Shown: positions 29,838 to 44,879 of the stretch, piece by piece
Position numbering within the stretch: the first letter of the stretch is position 1
How the letters are laid out: each line of letters starts with the position of its first letter
Assembly: GCF_009914755.1 (NCBI RefSeq)
Contig: NC_060938.1
Reading direction: 5' to 3' (one strand)
Source: the human T2T-CHM13v2.0 reference genome, Homo sapiens
DNA: 64,000 nucleotides
The notes under the pieces: generated by a model
What the model saw: the letters and a program-made list of their open reading frames with translations, nothing else
Told to the model about the DNA's origin: nothing
Databases searched by the model: none
Program-made: the position numbers and the translations under genes

Positions 29838-30096
29838 AACCACAATGAAAAATATTAATTTATGCAGATGATTATACTAGCATGTGGACCAGAACACTCA
29901 TATCTGCAGACAGAGCACACTCTTTGATCCTGGACAGAGTTGGTGATAGGCTGACATTCCAGCTCTTTGACTCCTCTTTTTCTAACTTTCATGCAAATAA
30001 CTTGCACTCCATTAAGTCATTCTTTCCTTGGATGTGTTTAGGCTGCCACTTTCTTTTACAAGCAGGTAAGTTTCAATTTGATTTTCAAAATTGGCT

Positions 30097-30407
30097 TGTA
30101 GCAGGATGAGTTGAAGACAAAACTCCTCAGACACCGGATTAAAGAAGGAAGAGGTTTTTATTCGGCTGGGAGCGTTGGCAGACTCTCGTCTTAAGAGCCG
30201 AGCTCTCCGAAAAAGAAATTCCTAGCCCTTTTAAGGGCTTGCAACTCTAAGGGGTCCATGTGAAAGGGTCATAATAGATCAAAGCGTGAGGAATGTGACT
30301 GGGGGCTACATACATCAGCTAACAGAACAAAAAGTTTTACAGTGCTTTCTCATACAATGTCTGGAATTTACAGATAACACCAGTAGTTTTGGTCGGGGTT
30401 AATGTTA

Positions 30408-30448
<41 letters not shown>

Positions 30449-30628
30449 ATATTATTTTAAACACCAGGGCCAGGTGATGGCCCCAAGGTTGTCTAGCAAT
30501 TTATCTTACTTCTGTTTCTTTCCAACTTTTTGCTTTCTCCCTTTTCTCCTGTCTTATAAACTAGGGAAAAGGGGAGGTTGGGGAGAAGCTGGGAAGGACA
30601 ACAGGAGAACTGGTGGTCTCATTCCATA
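30097..30628 (-). mobile_element. LTR6A-like (ERV1) solo LTR with an internal (TTA)n
   Basis: tgtagcaggatgag...ggtctcattccata. Exact TSD GGCT. Confidence 0.8.
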
Positions 30629-30694
30629 GGCTTATCAGTCTGCTTGGTTGCATCTGGAGTTTACAATGGTCAGGGACAACCTTTACTGCACTTC

Positions 30695-31482
30695 CGAAAT
30701 GAGAGAGTTCCCTTATCCCCTGGCAGGGCGTGCAACAGGGGTCTGGCTCACATCTTCTGTGCCCTGCTGCTCAAATCCCTAGGGGGAGTGTGCAGACGGG
30801 CAGCTGCAGAGGCCATGGGGAGTGTTTTTGGGCTCCGGCCCCACAGCAGCGTCTAGGACTCCTGAAGCCCAAGTGGGCATGTGTTACCGGGTGCTCTTGT
30901 GGCTTTGCTGTCTGCAAACGGCTTGTGTTAATCAGCTCAATGGACCCTTTGCCTTATAGCAAGGATGGGGCCAGTGTGACAGCCAGAGTTCTTGCCCAGT
31001 GTACAGGAAGAATCAGATCACATGTGGGCTGGAGGGTTGAGTGCAAGGTTTTATTGAGTGGTGGAGATGGCTCTCAGTGAGATGGATGGCGAGCCAGAAG
31101 CGGGGGATGGAGTGGGAAGGCGGTCTTCCCCTGGAGTCGGGCGGCCCAGGGGCCGGACTCTTCTCCGACCGTGCCCGATTGAACTCCCCTTGGCATCCGC
31201 GTCGTTCCTCTGTCGCTGTTCTGCTGCTGTCTGCTGGTGTGTTCCTCTGCTCCTCTCGATGTCCACCTGCTTGTGTCTGTGTCCTCTTAAGGTCTCGGGT
31301 TTATAGGGGCATAGGATCAGGGGAGTGGCAGGCCAGAGTGGTCTTGGAAAATGCAACATTTGGGCGTGAAAACGAGAATGCCTGTTCTCATTTAGGTCTG
31401 TGGGCACAGGCCCGAGGGTGGAGCCCTTGCCAGGGATTCTGCCCTTCTCTGCCCAGCACTTCCCTGCCCTGCTCCCATATCA
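30695..31482 (-). mobile_element. LTR1-family (ERV1) solo LTR
   Basis: The reverse complement begins tgatatgggagcagggcagggaagtgctggg. TSD cttc/tttc. Confidence 0.7.
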
Positions 31483-32264
31483 TTTCCTCATGCTAATGAC
31501 AACTTACCTTCCTTAACCACCTTTTTTTTTTTTTTTGGTAGAGTGAGAATATGAAAAATATTGAAAAAGCACGAAAGTATAAGTGAAAGCACATCTATCC
31601 ACCTGAAAGATCACTGAGTGCCTTACTGTTTAAAGCTCTGTACAGAAACTGATATTCACAACGATTGCTTGATAGTAACCCAAACCATTTCAGTATACTC
31701 TCTGTGTAATATCTTAGAAAGAGTTTTTACCCTCAAACAATTAAAATATATTTGCAACTCAAAGTATCAAGCTATGGTTATCTGAAACTCATTTGTAAAT
31801 GAAAGCACATTCTCTGATTATTTTGGATAACCACGTATTACTTGTATTTCTTAAATATTCATTTTGCAGAAGAAAGTAATTACTGGGATCTTCTATATAA
31901 GTTCCTATGTGTTGCTTTGTTCCATTCATTCTGCCACAGCCCTGTTTTAGCCCTTCTCTCCCCATTGACTATATCAAGGGCCCCTGAGACAGTCTTCCTG
32001 ATTACAAGCATCCCCTCTAATCTACTCTCTACAACGATGCCAGAGGGATCTTTCTATGACACGTATCTGATTATGTCACAATCCTGATTAAAATCTGCCA
32101 ATAGCTCTGGGTAGGTATTACTGATGCTTGCAAATATTTCTAGTTCTCTCCTTCCATGAATATGGAAGAAGTATGTTTCCGTCTCTCCTTGAATTCAGGC
32201 ATGGCCGTGTGATTTGCTTTGTCCAAGGAAATGTAATGATGGGTCCCTTCCAAGTAAAAGCTCC

Positions 32265-33048
<784 letters not shown>

Positions 33049-33139
33049 GCTCCCTTTTGATTTGATAAACTCTGAAGCCTTGTGTTGAATATAACAGCAT
33101 CATAACATGATGAAACTTTCATAATTTGAGTTCCTGGAT

Positions 33140-33628
33140 ATATTTGACTAAATAATAATCCCCCAAAGATGTCCATGCCATATTCTCTGGAACCTATGCA
33201 ACGTGTTATATGCCAATACCTTATATGGCAAAAGGGACTTTGCAGCTGTAATTAAGGTTATGGACCTTGCAATGGAGAGATTATCCTGGATTATCTGAAT
33301 GGGCCAAATCTAATCACAAGTTCTTAAAAGTGGAGAACTTTCTGGCTGTAGTCATACAAAGATGTGATGATAGATGAATGATTAAATAGAAGCTTTGAAG
33401 ATGGAAGAAAGGAGCCATAAGCCAAGGAATGAAGGCAGCTCTAGAAGCTTAAAAAGGCAAGGAAATGGATTTTCCCTTAGTTCCTCCAGAAAGGAATGTG
33501 GCCTCGCTTATGCCTTGATTTTAGCTCAGTGACTTTCGAAATACAGGAATATGAGATAATAAATTCATGTTTTCTTAAGCCATCAAATTTGTGGTAATTT
33601 GTTACTGCAGCAGTAGAAAACTAATACT
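33140..33628 (+). mobile_element. MLT1D-like MaLR LTR
   Basis: cccccaaagatgtccatg...ggcaaaagggactttgcag...gaaaactaatac. Confidence 0.75.
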
Positions 33629-33730
33629 TTGAGTGTGATAGATTGTATAAATGGTCACAAATTTTTCCTTTTCGCCATTCGTATTTTTACTAGATAACAT
33701 TGCAGATTCTTCCATCAAGAGGTGGAGGCT

Positions 33731-33882
33731 GGCCAGGCATGGTGGCCCATACCTGTAATCCTGGTTTTCTAGGAGGCCCAGGTTGGGGTCGGGGTGAGAG
33801 GGATGATTGCTTGAGCCCAGGAGTTTGAGACCACCCCGAGCAACATAGTGAGATCCTGTCAAACTTTTTTTTTTTTTTTTAA
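33731..33882 (+). mobile_element. FLAM/Alu left monomer with a T-tract tail
   Basis: Monomer. TSD a(a/g)gaggtggaggct. Confidence 0.8.
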
Positions 33883-35336
33883 AGGAGGTGGAGGCTATTT
33901 CTTTATGCCTTAAATCTGGGTTGGTCATTCTTCCCCTTTCTGAGTGGGAGTGACTACTGAGGTTATCTGGTCCTCATTCTATCATTGTGTGTTGAATGTG
34001 TGTCTATAGTGATGATGGTTAGGAGGAGGAGGCCATAGTTATTTTAACTTAACTTTTTAAGTTCACAGGTCTCTGGTTCAACAAGAGCCATGGGTCAGAA
34101 CCTAATGCCAAAACTAATGTTCGTCTCTCCATCCCTGCCAGTGTAGAGAGTACTGAGTCTAAGTCCAGTGTCCTAGGGCTCAATGCTACAATTGTGTGGT
34201 ACTCTGGATTGTCTATCTGGCATTGGATTTAGTGTTTTTAGGGTGTAGAAGAGTGAACCCAATATACGATGACCAGAAAGATAGCTTGTGATAGTATAGT
34301 AATGTTTTGTGCTGATTCATGTCTGATTTTCCTCTCCTTTTGGGCATATGAGAAGATTAAATTTCTCCACCTCTATGGCAAACATGTGGAGCTGTATGAC
34401 TTGTTCTGGCCAATAGATTGGAAACTGAAGTGAAAGTGAAATGAAAGTGAAACTTTCTTCTCCTACCTTGGTGCTTATGGAGGCATGTGTTAAGATGAGG
34501 TGCCTGGGTTGCTGACCACTGTGTGGTGGTCAGATGCTCATAGTAGACTTTGTATGAGTGAGAAGTAGAGTTCTTCATATTAAACTATTGGTATCTTGTT
34601 GCTTTTGGTACTGCAGGATAACACTTAACCACTATCCCTAATACAAGATCCCTAAGCTCCTAAATGCTCCGTTAGAATTAGATGATTTGGAGTTGAGCAT
34701 TGGCTCTTACTATGTGGCCTTGAAAAAATTGCTTAAATTTTCTAGGTTTAAATTTTGATATAGTGTCTATTTCATGGAATTGCGTGCATTAAGTTAGGAA
34801 ATGCATATAAAGTGTTTAGCATGATATCTGGCACAAAGGAATAAATGTTAGTTACTGTCATTATCAACATGACTATTATTATTATCATCATCATGAAAGA
34901 AAGGCACTGAGCTTCTGACTAAGTGAAACTGAAAAGTATAAATGAAGTAAAGACCTCCTTGGAGGGTGAGCCTGACATGCTCTTTACCTTTGAACTACAG
35001 AAGTGGTGAAGGTTGGTAATCTCTAATTTAAATAAATTAGAAGCAAAACCTGAAAATATAATGAACATTTCCAGGTAGCATTTCAGCAAGGGAATCAGAA
35101 ATATTAGATTAGGGGCTTGATTGTAAGAATTATCTCTGTGAATCTTATCATTTTTACTGTTCCATATCTCTTTTAAATCGCAATAACAACTTTGAAGTGC
35201 CTGGGTTCCTGCGTCACTTTAAAAAGGAGAAGGAGCACTGAATAGGCTGCGTCCTACTCTTTGAACAACTCCAGATCAGAAAAAGGGAATAAACGTAAAT
35301 AGGTCAATATAGCAGGGTAAGGAGAGGAGCAGATAG

Positions 35337-35668
<332 letters not shown>

Positions 35669-36129
35669 TGATTCTGGCCTTAAATATTCCTTGGACTTAT
35701 GATTTGAAAAGTCAATGTAATCCTCCCGAAGAGCACACTGGGGGAATGGAAAAGAAAGTATTGAGAAGGAAGGAAACAGAAAAATCACAAGTGGTTGCAA
35801 TAACAAAAAACAATAAAGGGTTGGGGCTTTTAGAGTTGAGATAAATAGCCCAATGTAGTCAAAAACTCTCAGAGGACATTAGTGAGTTGCAGCATTGTAA
35901 AATTCTTTAATAATGACTCTGAATCATCTGGGTAAAAATAGGCTTAAAATATGGTTTTATAAAAAGGTAGGCCAGTATGTAAATACACATTATGAAATAT
36001 TTTGATTAAGATAGTTAAAGCAAAAATAAAATAAAAATTTTATGAATTTAAAGAAGAAAGTTTCATTTATTTGGAATAGTCATTTATATGGAAAAGTGAA
36101 CTTTCTTATGACTTATTCATTCAATAGAT

Positions 36130-36323
36130 CATGGGTGGGCAAAATCTGGCCTCTGGGCCAAACTGGGCCACATTCATTCCTTTATATATTGTTTATGGCT
36201 GCTTTAGAGCTACCATAAGAGAGTAGCAGAGTATAGTTGAGAAGTTGCAACCAAGACTACATGGTGTGCAAAACCTGAAATATTTACTACCTGGCCCTTT
36301 ATAGAAAAATTCCTCAACTTCTG
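36130..36323 (+). mobile_element. MER58A-like (hAT)
   Basis: gggcaaaatctggcctctgggccaaa...aaatatttactacctggccctttatagaaaaa. Confidence 0.75.
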
Positions 36324-37980
36324 CATTAGATAATTACTGTGCATCCCCAATGTTCTGGGCACTTTGCTACAAATGTGCCTAAAGCCAATGATGCCCACTT
36401 TCCTGAAGTGCCACAGTAAAAGGCATCATAGCATCCTCCCAAGTTGATGTATATGAAAAGTGGCCCTGTGACTAGGAGAGACCATTGTGTGTGACTAGTG
36501 GCATGCAGGAGTGGCCAGTGGTCTGGCCCTACCCTTTGAGAATGTATAAGGGTGTCTGTGTAGGAAATTACCTGAGGGCTAAATGTTATTAGATGGTCTC
36601 TTACAAGCTGCCAAACTTGCTAGTATTTGTTTGTAAAAAATGGTTGAAATGTCATTTCAGAGTTAAATCCTCCCCTGAAGTTTTGCCTTTGTTTCTGAGC
36701 GACATCCATTGTTTAAGTTGACTTCTTCAGGCCATCTTTGTTCCTAAAGGAAGTTGTACACCAAGTTCTACTCTATCCTAATGGACTCCACTTTTCCTGA
36801 GGTGAGAGAGGTACATTTTTCCAAAGAAACAGACCTAAACAGTAAGCAATAATAACAATAGGAATTGCATACAAAGAGCTGCTTCTGGCAAATACTTAAC
36901 AGCTGGAGAAGTTGAGGACCTCTAACCTTATCCAATCATTATCTTCCAGAAATGCCTCACACAGGGAAAGTATGAAAATGCAGAGAAAATCAGTTATACA
37001 TACACATACAAAACAAACCCACAATTAAGAAAAAATAATAGCTCTCAACACCAAGCAGCTTTTTGTTGTAGATACAAATTTGTTGTAGATACCAATTTTT
37101 GCCTGGAGTCTTTCTTCATTATGAAAAACCAATATAATACTTTATAGGAAAACAAAACACTTTTCTTAACCTTTAGCAGGTGCATAATTAGGAATATAAT
37201 ATGAAAGATGGCCCCTTGCATGGTTCACAGAGGTCTTGTCCTTGAAGACTTAGGAGGGCTTGGAATTACAACAGGCAAATTCAAAGACGCTAATTAGAAA
37301 TGCAGCAACTGCTTTTACAGACATGCCGAGAACATCTAAGCTTTCCAGAAATTATTCAAGCTAGAGGGATTGAGTCCATTTTGTCTGATTCCTAAAGGTT
37401 TCTAATTTGAGGAAGAAAAGAACAATGGTGAGGCAACCAATGTGTTATGTCTAGAATGAAACTTGTGCATGGCCGCAGCAAGAAGAGTATTTTCTGGTTT
37501 TCTGCTACTGGTAGCATTTCTCAAGGCATCTGGAGATTTCTTTTAAAGTTGCCTGCTAGTCATTTGCCCTTTATTTCTGGTACTTCTCTCTGTTATTTTC
37601 AGTACTATTCTTTGAGCTAACAACCTGGTTAAGTTTCATAATTACTTATGAATGTAAAAAGTCATAGTTGTATATGTAGGAAAATATTTATGCATATAGG
37701 TTCTTTAAGTAACCTGTATTATTTTTCCTATGAATTCACAGTGCCTAGCACAGACTCTGGCATATAGTAGGAACTGGATACATATTTGCCAAATGAATGC
37801 ATGAATTTCTCAATTCAACTTGATATAGTTTACCACAATAGTTATTTTTAAAGAAATCACTTAAGATTTTGGTTTCTAGTTTCTCACCTTCACTGCTACA
37901 CTCTTGGTGCTATTTGGAAGCTCTCTATTTAGTGCTTTTCTTCCCTGGGAAATAAAAGGTGTGTTTAGAATCTCCACCTT

Positions 37981-38548
37981 GTTAGTACAACCACTGTGAA
38001 GATGTCTGGAGGTTTCTCAAAAAACTAAAAGTATGATTCAGCTATCCCTCTTCTGGGTATATACCCCAAAGAAAGGAAATCAGTGTATCAAAGAGATATC
38101 TGCACTCCCACATTTGTTGCAGCATTGTTCACCATAGCTAAGATTTGGAAGCAACCTAAGTGTCCATCAGCAGGTGAATGAATAAAGAAAATTTGGTTTA
38201 TATACACAATGGAGTACTATTCAGCCATAAAAATTAATGAGATCCTGGCATTTGCAACAACATGGATGGAACTGGAGATCGTTATGTTAAATGAAGTAAG
38301 CCAGACACAGAAAGACAGATGTCACATGTTCTCACTTATTTGTGGGATCTAAAAATCAAACAATTTAACTCATGGAGATAGCAGAATGGTTACCAGAGGC
38401 TTGGAAGGGTAGTGGGATGCTGCGGGGAGGTGGGAATGGTTAATGGGCATGAAAAATAGAATAAATAAGACATACTATTTTATAGCACAACCAGTTGACT
38501 ACAGTCAATAATAACTTAATTGTACATTTAAAAATAACTAAGAGAGTA
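37981..38548 (+). mobile_element. L1MA-like ORF2 end/3' UTR fragment
   Basis: gcaacctaagtgtccatca and atttgcaacaacatggatggaactggag motifs. Confidence 0.85.
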
Positions 38549-39026
38549 TTTCCCTTTCTGCAAATGGGAATGAAGATAGAATCTATCATAGAATTATTGG
38601 AAAGATTAAATAAATACTTTAACTTGTCCAATGGCAAGTGCTTAATACACGTTAGCAATTTAATAATAATAGCTATTATTATTATAAATCAGATTCTTGA
38701 GGACAGGGACAGTCTCATGTTTCATATTAGATAGTGCAATGTTCAATCGATATTTGTTGCGTTAGTTTTATCTTACAAAGCAGTGAGAGGTTTCAACACA
38801 GAGCACAAAATAACTCTGGGGTTGGTATTTCTCCATAGCATCATCAAAACAAGCTGCCTTGGCTGATAGAAGACCAAAGTCTTTGATTCAAGAGGCTTAA
38901 CCTTTGCATTCTTTTCTCATAGCCTCCAGTTCAAGCGCTCAGCTTTCTACCTCCCATTGTCTCCCAGAGGATGAGTTGGTTTAGGCTGATTGCTGGCTCC
39001 TGATCTTTGGAGAAAGACTCCTTATA

Positions 39027-39380
<354 letters not shown>

Positions 39381-40401
39381 TCAATGATCTACAAATTGAT
39401 GACGCCAAAATCTGTACTTCCAGTCCCTGCCTTCTTCCTGTGTTCTAGATCCACACACCTAGCTCTTTATTGGATCACTTCACCAGTTCACAGGTGCTTG
39501 AACCCATGTCCCCAAACCAATGTGGTTATTTTTGCTTTCTGAGTCCCCTCCTCAACCTTCATTCCCTCAGTGAATGACACCACCGCCTACCTTGTTATTG
39601 CTCATGCCAGAATTTGGGGAATTATTCTTAAATCATCTCCTTGTGTCACTCACCTCTAGTTATCCCAAATTCTGTCAGTTTAACATCTTTAATATCTATT
39701 TAGTCTGTCCATTATTTTCCACCTTCATGTACAAGAAAAGGAAGTAGAAGTAAGGTGCTGAGCTACCAAGACAGGGTCCTGTAATAGAGTGTAAGATTTC
39801 AGAGATGCAGCAATTCTAATTGATTAAAATTACTTCTATGTAGTGGCTGGAAATTATAAGATAAGGTCTGATCTAGAGAGATCACAGCATTGAAAAAATG
39901 AGGTGCACACCTCTTTCCTATACATAGGAGAATTATCCACCTTATAAATCCTTAACAGTTGAAAATGGCAGATACTCAACTTTTAAGCTGTACTTGCAGT
40001 TAAAACGTGCGTGGAACCCAGCTGCCATCAACTAGATGTAGCCACTGTAGGCTTTGAATTTGGAGTCACAGTAGCAGAAATAGTATATGGTGCTGCAAGA
40101 CTGTGGGCCTTACACAGAAGTGACAGTGTTGACTGTGGTGTTAGTGGTTGCAGTAAGATTACGCTTCTGGTGCAGAAGTGGCAGCAGTACAAACAGCAGT
40201 GTCTAGTAGATTGATGGCCCTTATTTGACTAGCTCTGTAGTGTGCTTTTGGGCATTGGTGCTAGCTGATTAGACTTGAGCCCTTCCAATTAGTCAGAAGA
40301 TGTGGCAGGCATTTTTGCAGCTGCAATAACAGAAAACATCATTAGTAGTGGCTTAAGCCATTAGGATTTTAAAATAAGTTTGGTGTTAATAGCTACTGAC
40401 A

Positions 40402-40662
40402 TTTTTTTTTTTTGAGACAGGGTCTCACTCTGTTGCCCAGGCTGAAGTGCAGTAGTGCAATCTAGGCTCACTGCAACCTCTGCCTCTCAGGCCCAAGTGA
40501 TCCTCCTGCTTCAGCCCCCAAAGTAGCTAGGGCTACAGGCACGGGCCACCATACCTGGCTAGATTTTGTATTTTTTGTAGAGTTGGGGTCTCACCATGTT
40601 GACCAGGCTGGTAGCAAACTCCTGGGCTCAAGCAATCTGCCTGCCTTAGCCTCCCAAAGTGT
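40402..40662 (-). mobile_element. AluJ, 5'-truncated
   Basis: TSD gctactgacatttt. About the first 30 nt of the Alu are missing. Confidence 0.88.
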
Positions 40663-42106
40663 GCTACTGACATTTTGTCAATAGGTTGACAGTGTCAAGG
40701 TTCTCTTTCAGCCTCTTGGCCTTTCCCTTAGGCTGCCATCTTTGTCAAGACAAGGATCAGAAGAGGGGACAGGTTAGCACCAGTTGTGTATTTCATTTTA
40801 ATCAGAGGAGCCAAAGGTTCCTGAAACTCCAGCAGACTTAGGCGTACATGTTGTTGGCCAGAGCTGAGTAACATGGTCAACTAGCTGCATGGAAATGTAA
40901 GAAATGAGTATTTAATGAGCATTTGGAGTGTCCAACCTCTATGATACAACTGGAGATGAAGAAGTTGAGAAAAGGAAAGCTAATCTACAATGTCTGCCGC
41001 TTAAAATAACCTTTTTAAAAAGATATTGTGGATATTGTTTCAATCAACCAGAATCAGTCTGCTGCTTCCCACAAAGAATCCTGTATGATAATCTAAGGCT
41101 TGACAACTAATAAGATCAAATATGAAAGGAGACAGGAATTAATGATGATTCTAAAAGCAAAGAATTAGAGAATGGTGCCTCTATTGATTGAAATAAGAAA
41201 AACATTTACTAAGGGGTGAATGATGTCTAGGCTTACTCTGTTTACTTCTTTACCTGCTTTTAAAATGAGAAGTATGTTGCCACAGCTGAATCTCTAATTG
41301 GTAAAATATGTGGCAAAGATATTTTTGAATTGGAAAAGCTCACTTTACCTGTTTCAGGTGCCACAGTCACCTCTTCTACATTTGGCTGGCTTCTCCTGGT
41401 ACATTTAAAGGTAATTTTGAATTTTCAGTGTTATCATGGTTGCTTTGAGAATGAGACTCCAGCTTGTCTTTGCATAGGGCTTGTTACATAAGTGGTAGAA
41501 TTAATTGTTCATTAAGGCAGTAATTGAGGTTGATTAAATAGTGATTTAGTGAATCAGTTACAATATAAGTTCATAAAAGTGCAGCCCTTAGTTATTGATT
41601 TTCTTTTTGTTACTTTTTCTTTGGGGCAAAATTTATTGAAAATTGACAGTAAGAAAACCCTCTCAGAGTCAACTAACAATACCAAGGTCCTCCCACCACC
41701 ACGGACTGCTTGCTACTTCAGTGCCTTTGAATGTTCACTGCCTGTACTTGGCTAACTTTTGTTCTTCCTTTAAGACAGCCCACTTTAAAAATTATGAATA
41801 TTGCTTCTTTTGGCAGAGTCAGTCACTATTGCTTTCCCCAAGGAACCCTGTGTGATAATCCAAGGCTTGGCACCTCATAAGAACATGAGTTGGTTTCACC
41901 TTCTCCAGAAAGCCCGTCCCTAAATTTAGATACCCCTTCTTTTAGAGGGGAAGGCCCCTTGCTTTATTTTTCTCTTTATTCCATGTACCTGAGACAGGTC
42001 CTCAATGAATGCTTGTTGAATATAAAAATGGGTCCATACTGGAGAGCTTACAAGTAATTGGATATTGTCTTGATCAATGGGGGGATGAGAGTGTCATACT
42101 AAAGAA

Positions 42107-42110
<4 letters not shown>

Positions 42111-42150
<40 letters not shown>

Positions 42151-42159
42151 GGAGAGAGA
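42111..42159. repeat. (GA)n microsatellite
   Basis: Seen directly. Confidence 0.95.
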
Positions 42160-42381
42160 TCCAAGCCATTCCTAGTGTATGAGAAGGCCAGAGATTAAGA
42201 GAAGGGTGAGACAAAAGTATAGGCAATGTCTACGTAAAGCTCATATTGCCTTGGATATTAGAATATTGGAATCTTTACTTGGCTGTTATGTTAGAGTTTT
42301 TCACTTGCCTACAGCTATAAAAGTTCATTTGCTTTTTTGTCACCTGCTTTAATTTTTCAAATCCCCAGAGGTCTTACTCCC

Positions 42382-42757
42382 TGATATGGTATGGCTATGT
42401 TACCACCCAGATCTCATCTTGAATATTAGTTCCCATAATCCCCACATGTTGCAGGAGAGACCCAGTGGGAGGTAATTGAATCTGGTGGCAGTTAACCCCA
42501 TGCTGCTGTTCTTGTGATAGTGAGTGAGTTCTTGCGAGATCTGATGGTTTTATAAGGGACAGTTCTCCCTTTGCTTGGCACATCTCCTTCCTGCTGCCAT
42601 GTGAAGAAGGACGTGTTTGCTTCCCCTTCTGCCATGATTGTAACTTTCCTAAGGCCTCCCCAGACATGTGGAACTGTGAGTCAATTAAACCTCTTCCCTT
42701 TATAACTTACCCAGTTTCAGATATGCCTTCATAGCTGTGTGAAAATGGACTAATACA
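42382..42757 (+). mobile_element. THE1 (THE1B/C-like) LTR
   Basis: tgatatggtatggct...ggactaataca. Exact TSD CTCCC. Confidence 0.9.
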
Positions 42758-44550
42758 CTCCCCCAGCATGACAGAGTCTCCCAAACCATGGCTCCAATCT
42801 CTCATACCCTCCTTGGAGAAGCCCATGCCTTCTCATCTCTCTAACTCTATGCAACTTTAGCAGCTTTGGATAGAAGCTATGATGATGGCATCTCTCTGCC
42901 CTCTCTAATCTTCTAGATTGGCAGGCAAAGGAAGTAGCTGGATCTATTCCATATCCCTTACTTTTCTATGTCTCTTCAGAACCAAAAAGACTGTCTAGTA
43001 ATTTAGAGCCCCAGATCTGGCTTACCATTAAGCTGGTTTATCCAGTATACTCACGCACTTTGGAACTTAGAGAGGCATAGTCATTTGCCCTTATAGCTCA
43101 GTAAAATATATTCCAAGAAATCTCATTCTTTCAGGTTCCTGAAATAATTCGTGCTTAGTTTCCCTTTCTGCTGCCCCTTCCCTCCCAACTTAATCTATAG
43201 TTAATTGCCTTTTTCATGTCAGCTGGCATAAGGACAGAAATGTTTCAGCTTTCTTAAGACATCTTTTCCTAGCTTGATCCAGCTGCCTTTGTTTGTGGCT
43301 CTATTTTGATGCTTGATATGATTGTTCATACTGTGATTTTTAAATCTGAATAATTCTCTTGTGTTTTTAGGAGTAAAGTGCTATTTGGAAATCTTACAAA
43401 TAAATAGACTCAGGTTTCCTCTTCCTATCAGAAGAAAGAAGAACAGGCTCCTCCCTCCCCATGTTCCTGTAATATTTTTTGTATAGTGGAAGTCAACAAC
43501 TCACTTCTTCTACCTGCTGTCCATGTCCTTGTTTAGTGACAGCCATTGGCTAGTGATTTTTGGCTGAACCAGAGGCACCCCCCAACCCCAATGAGAAAAT
43601 TAAGGTCAAACTCAATCTTCTAATTTTAGAAACAAAATCAACTGGCTTTTACATTTCAAAGGCCGTTATGCCATTTATTTCAAAAGTGATGTGTTATTTG
43701 TACTTGGCTTAAACTGGGCCAACCTACTGGAGTATTTTGTGATCATCGGCTACCAGAGGCTCCAGAATCGCTGCAGGATCTTGTTAAAATGGCTGCCTGC
43801 TCCTCCTTGGAGAATTGTGAAAGTACAAAAAGAAATCATTGTGGTTAGAAAAATCTTTTTCTGCTTTATTATTCAAAAAGCACTGCTGTTAGCTTCTTCT
43901 GTGAGAGTGTTTCCCAGGGATAGTCTTAATTATTGATGGCTAAATTCTCATTACTTAATGGAATTTGAACTTCAAGGGGAAACAAGAGGGAACTTTTCTT
44001 GCTAATTGGTGACACACATTGTCTCCTCTACATCCATAGAAGAAGATAATGGCTTGGCAGAAAAGAGCGATCAGAGACTGAGGAAAGACACAAGGGAAAG
44101 GTGAGACAGGAGAGAGAGGTATGCATTGACTTCTCATCTGGAACCCTACAAGATGTTTTCTGGTTCTAATTAGAACTTAACACTACTCATCTCTCCCATG
44201 TATGAGTATGTAATAGGGAGGAAAATCATTGTGAATAAAACATTGTTGTTCTTCCATAGAGATGCTTCTGTTACAGGAGAAGTCCTTGGTGAACTTGAAT
44301 ATGAAAAGGTGGCCTACAGGGCAGAACTCTGACTCGTTCTTCATCATATATTAAGGAGATTTTAGAGTTGGGAGGGCTGTAGGGATCTCGGGGAAATAAT
44401 GTGTAAAGTTGGAAGGAAAATAGTACAACTCCTTAGGATGACCCAGGCTGGATAATATCTTTCAAGAACAAGGATGTCTAATGCTTAATTTGAACTTGTG
44501 TATATTATTGTGATATATACCCCTTTCCCCGGAGAATTCTTTAAGTCAGC

Positions 44551-44879
44551 TTTTTTTGTTTGTTTGTTTATGTATTTTTTTTTTTTTTTGAGACAGGGTC
44601 TCACTCTGTTGCCCAGACTGGAGCATAGTGGCACTATCTTGGCTCACTGCAGCCTCCGCCTCCTGGTTTCAAGCAATTCTCCTGCCTCAGTCTCTAGAGT
44701 ATCTGGGATTACAGGCTCGAGCCACCACACCAGGCTAATTGGTTTTTTAAAATATTTTTAATAGAGATGGAGTTTCACCATGTTGGCCAGGCTGGTCTCA
44801 AACTCTTGGCCTCAAGTGATCTACCTGCCTTGGCCTCTCAAACTGCTGCGATTACAGGCATGGGCCACCATGCCTGGCC
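44551..44879 (-). mobile_element. Alu (J/S) inside an old MLT1-like LTR
   Basis: Dimer. TSD taa(g/a)tcagctttt. Confidence 0.88.

Noticed and set aside
30578-31496. Several 80-150 aa ORFs
   Set aside because: They lie within LTR6/LTR1-like solo LTRs and have no gag/pol/env motifs.
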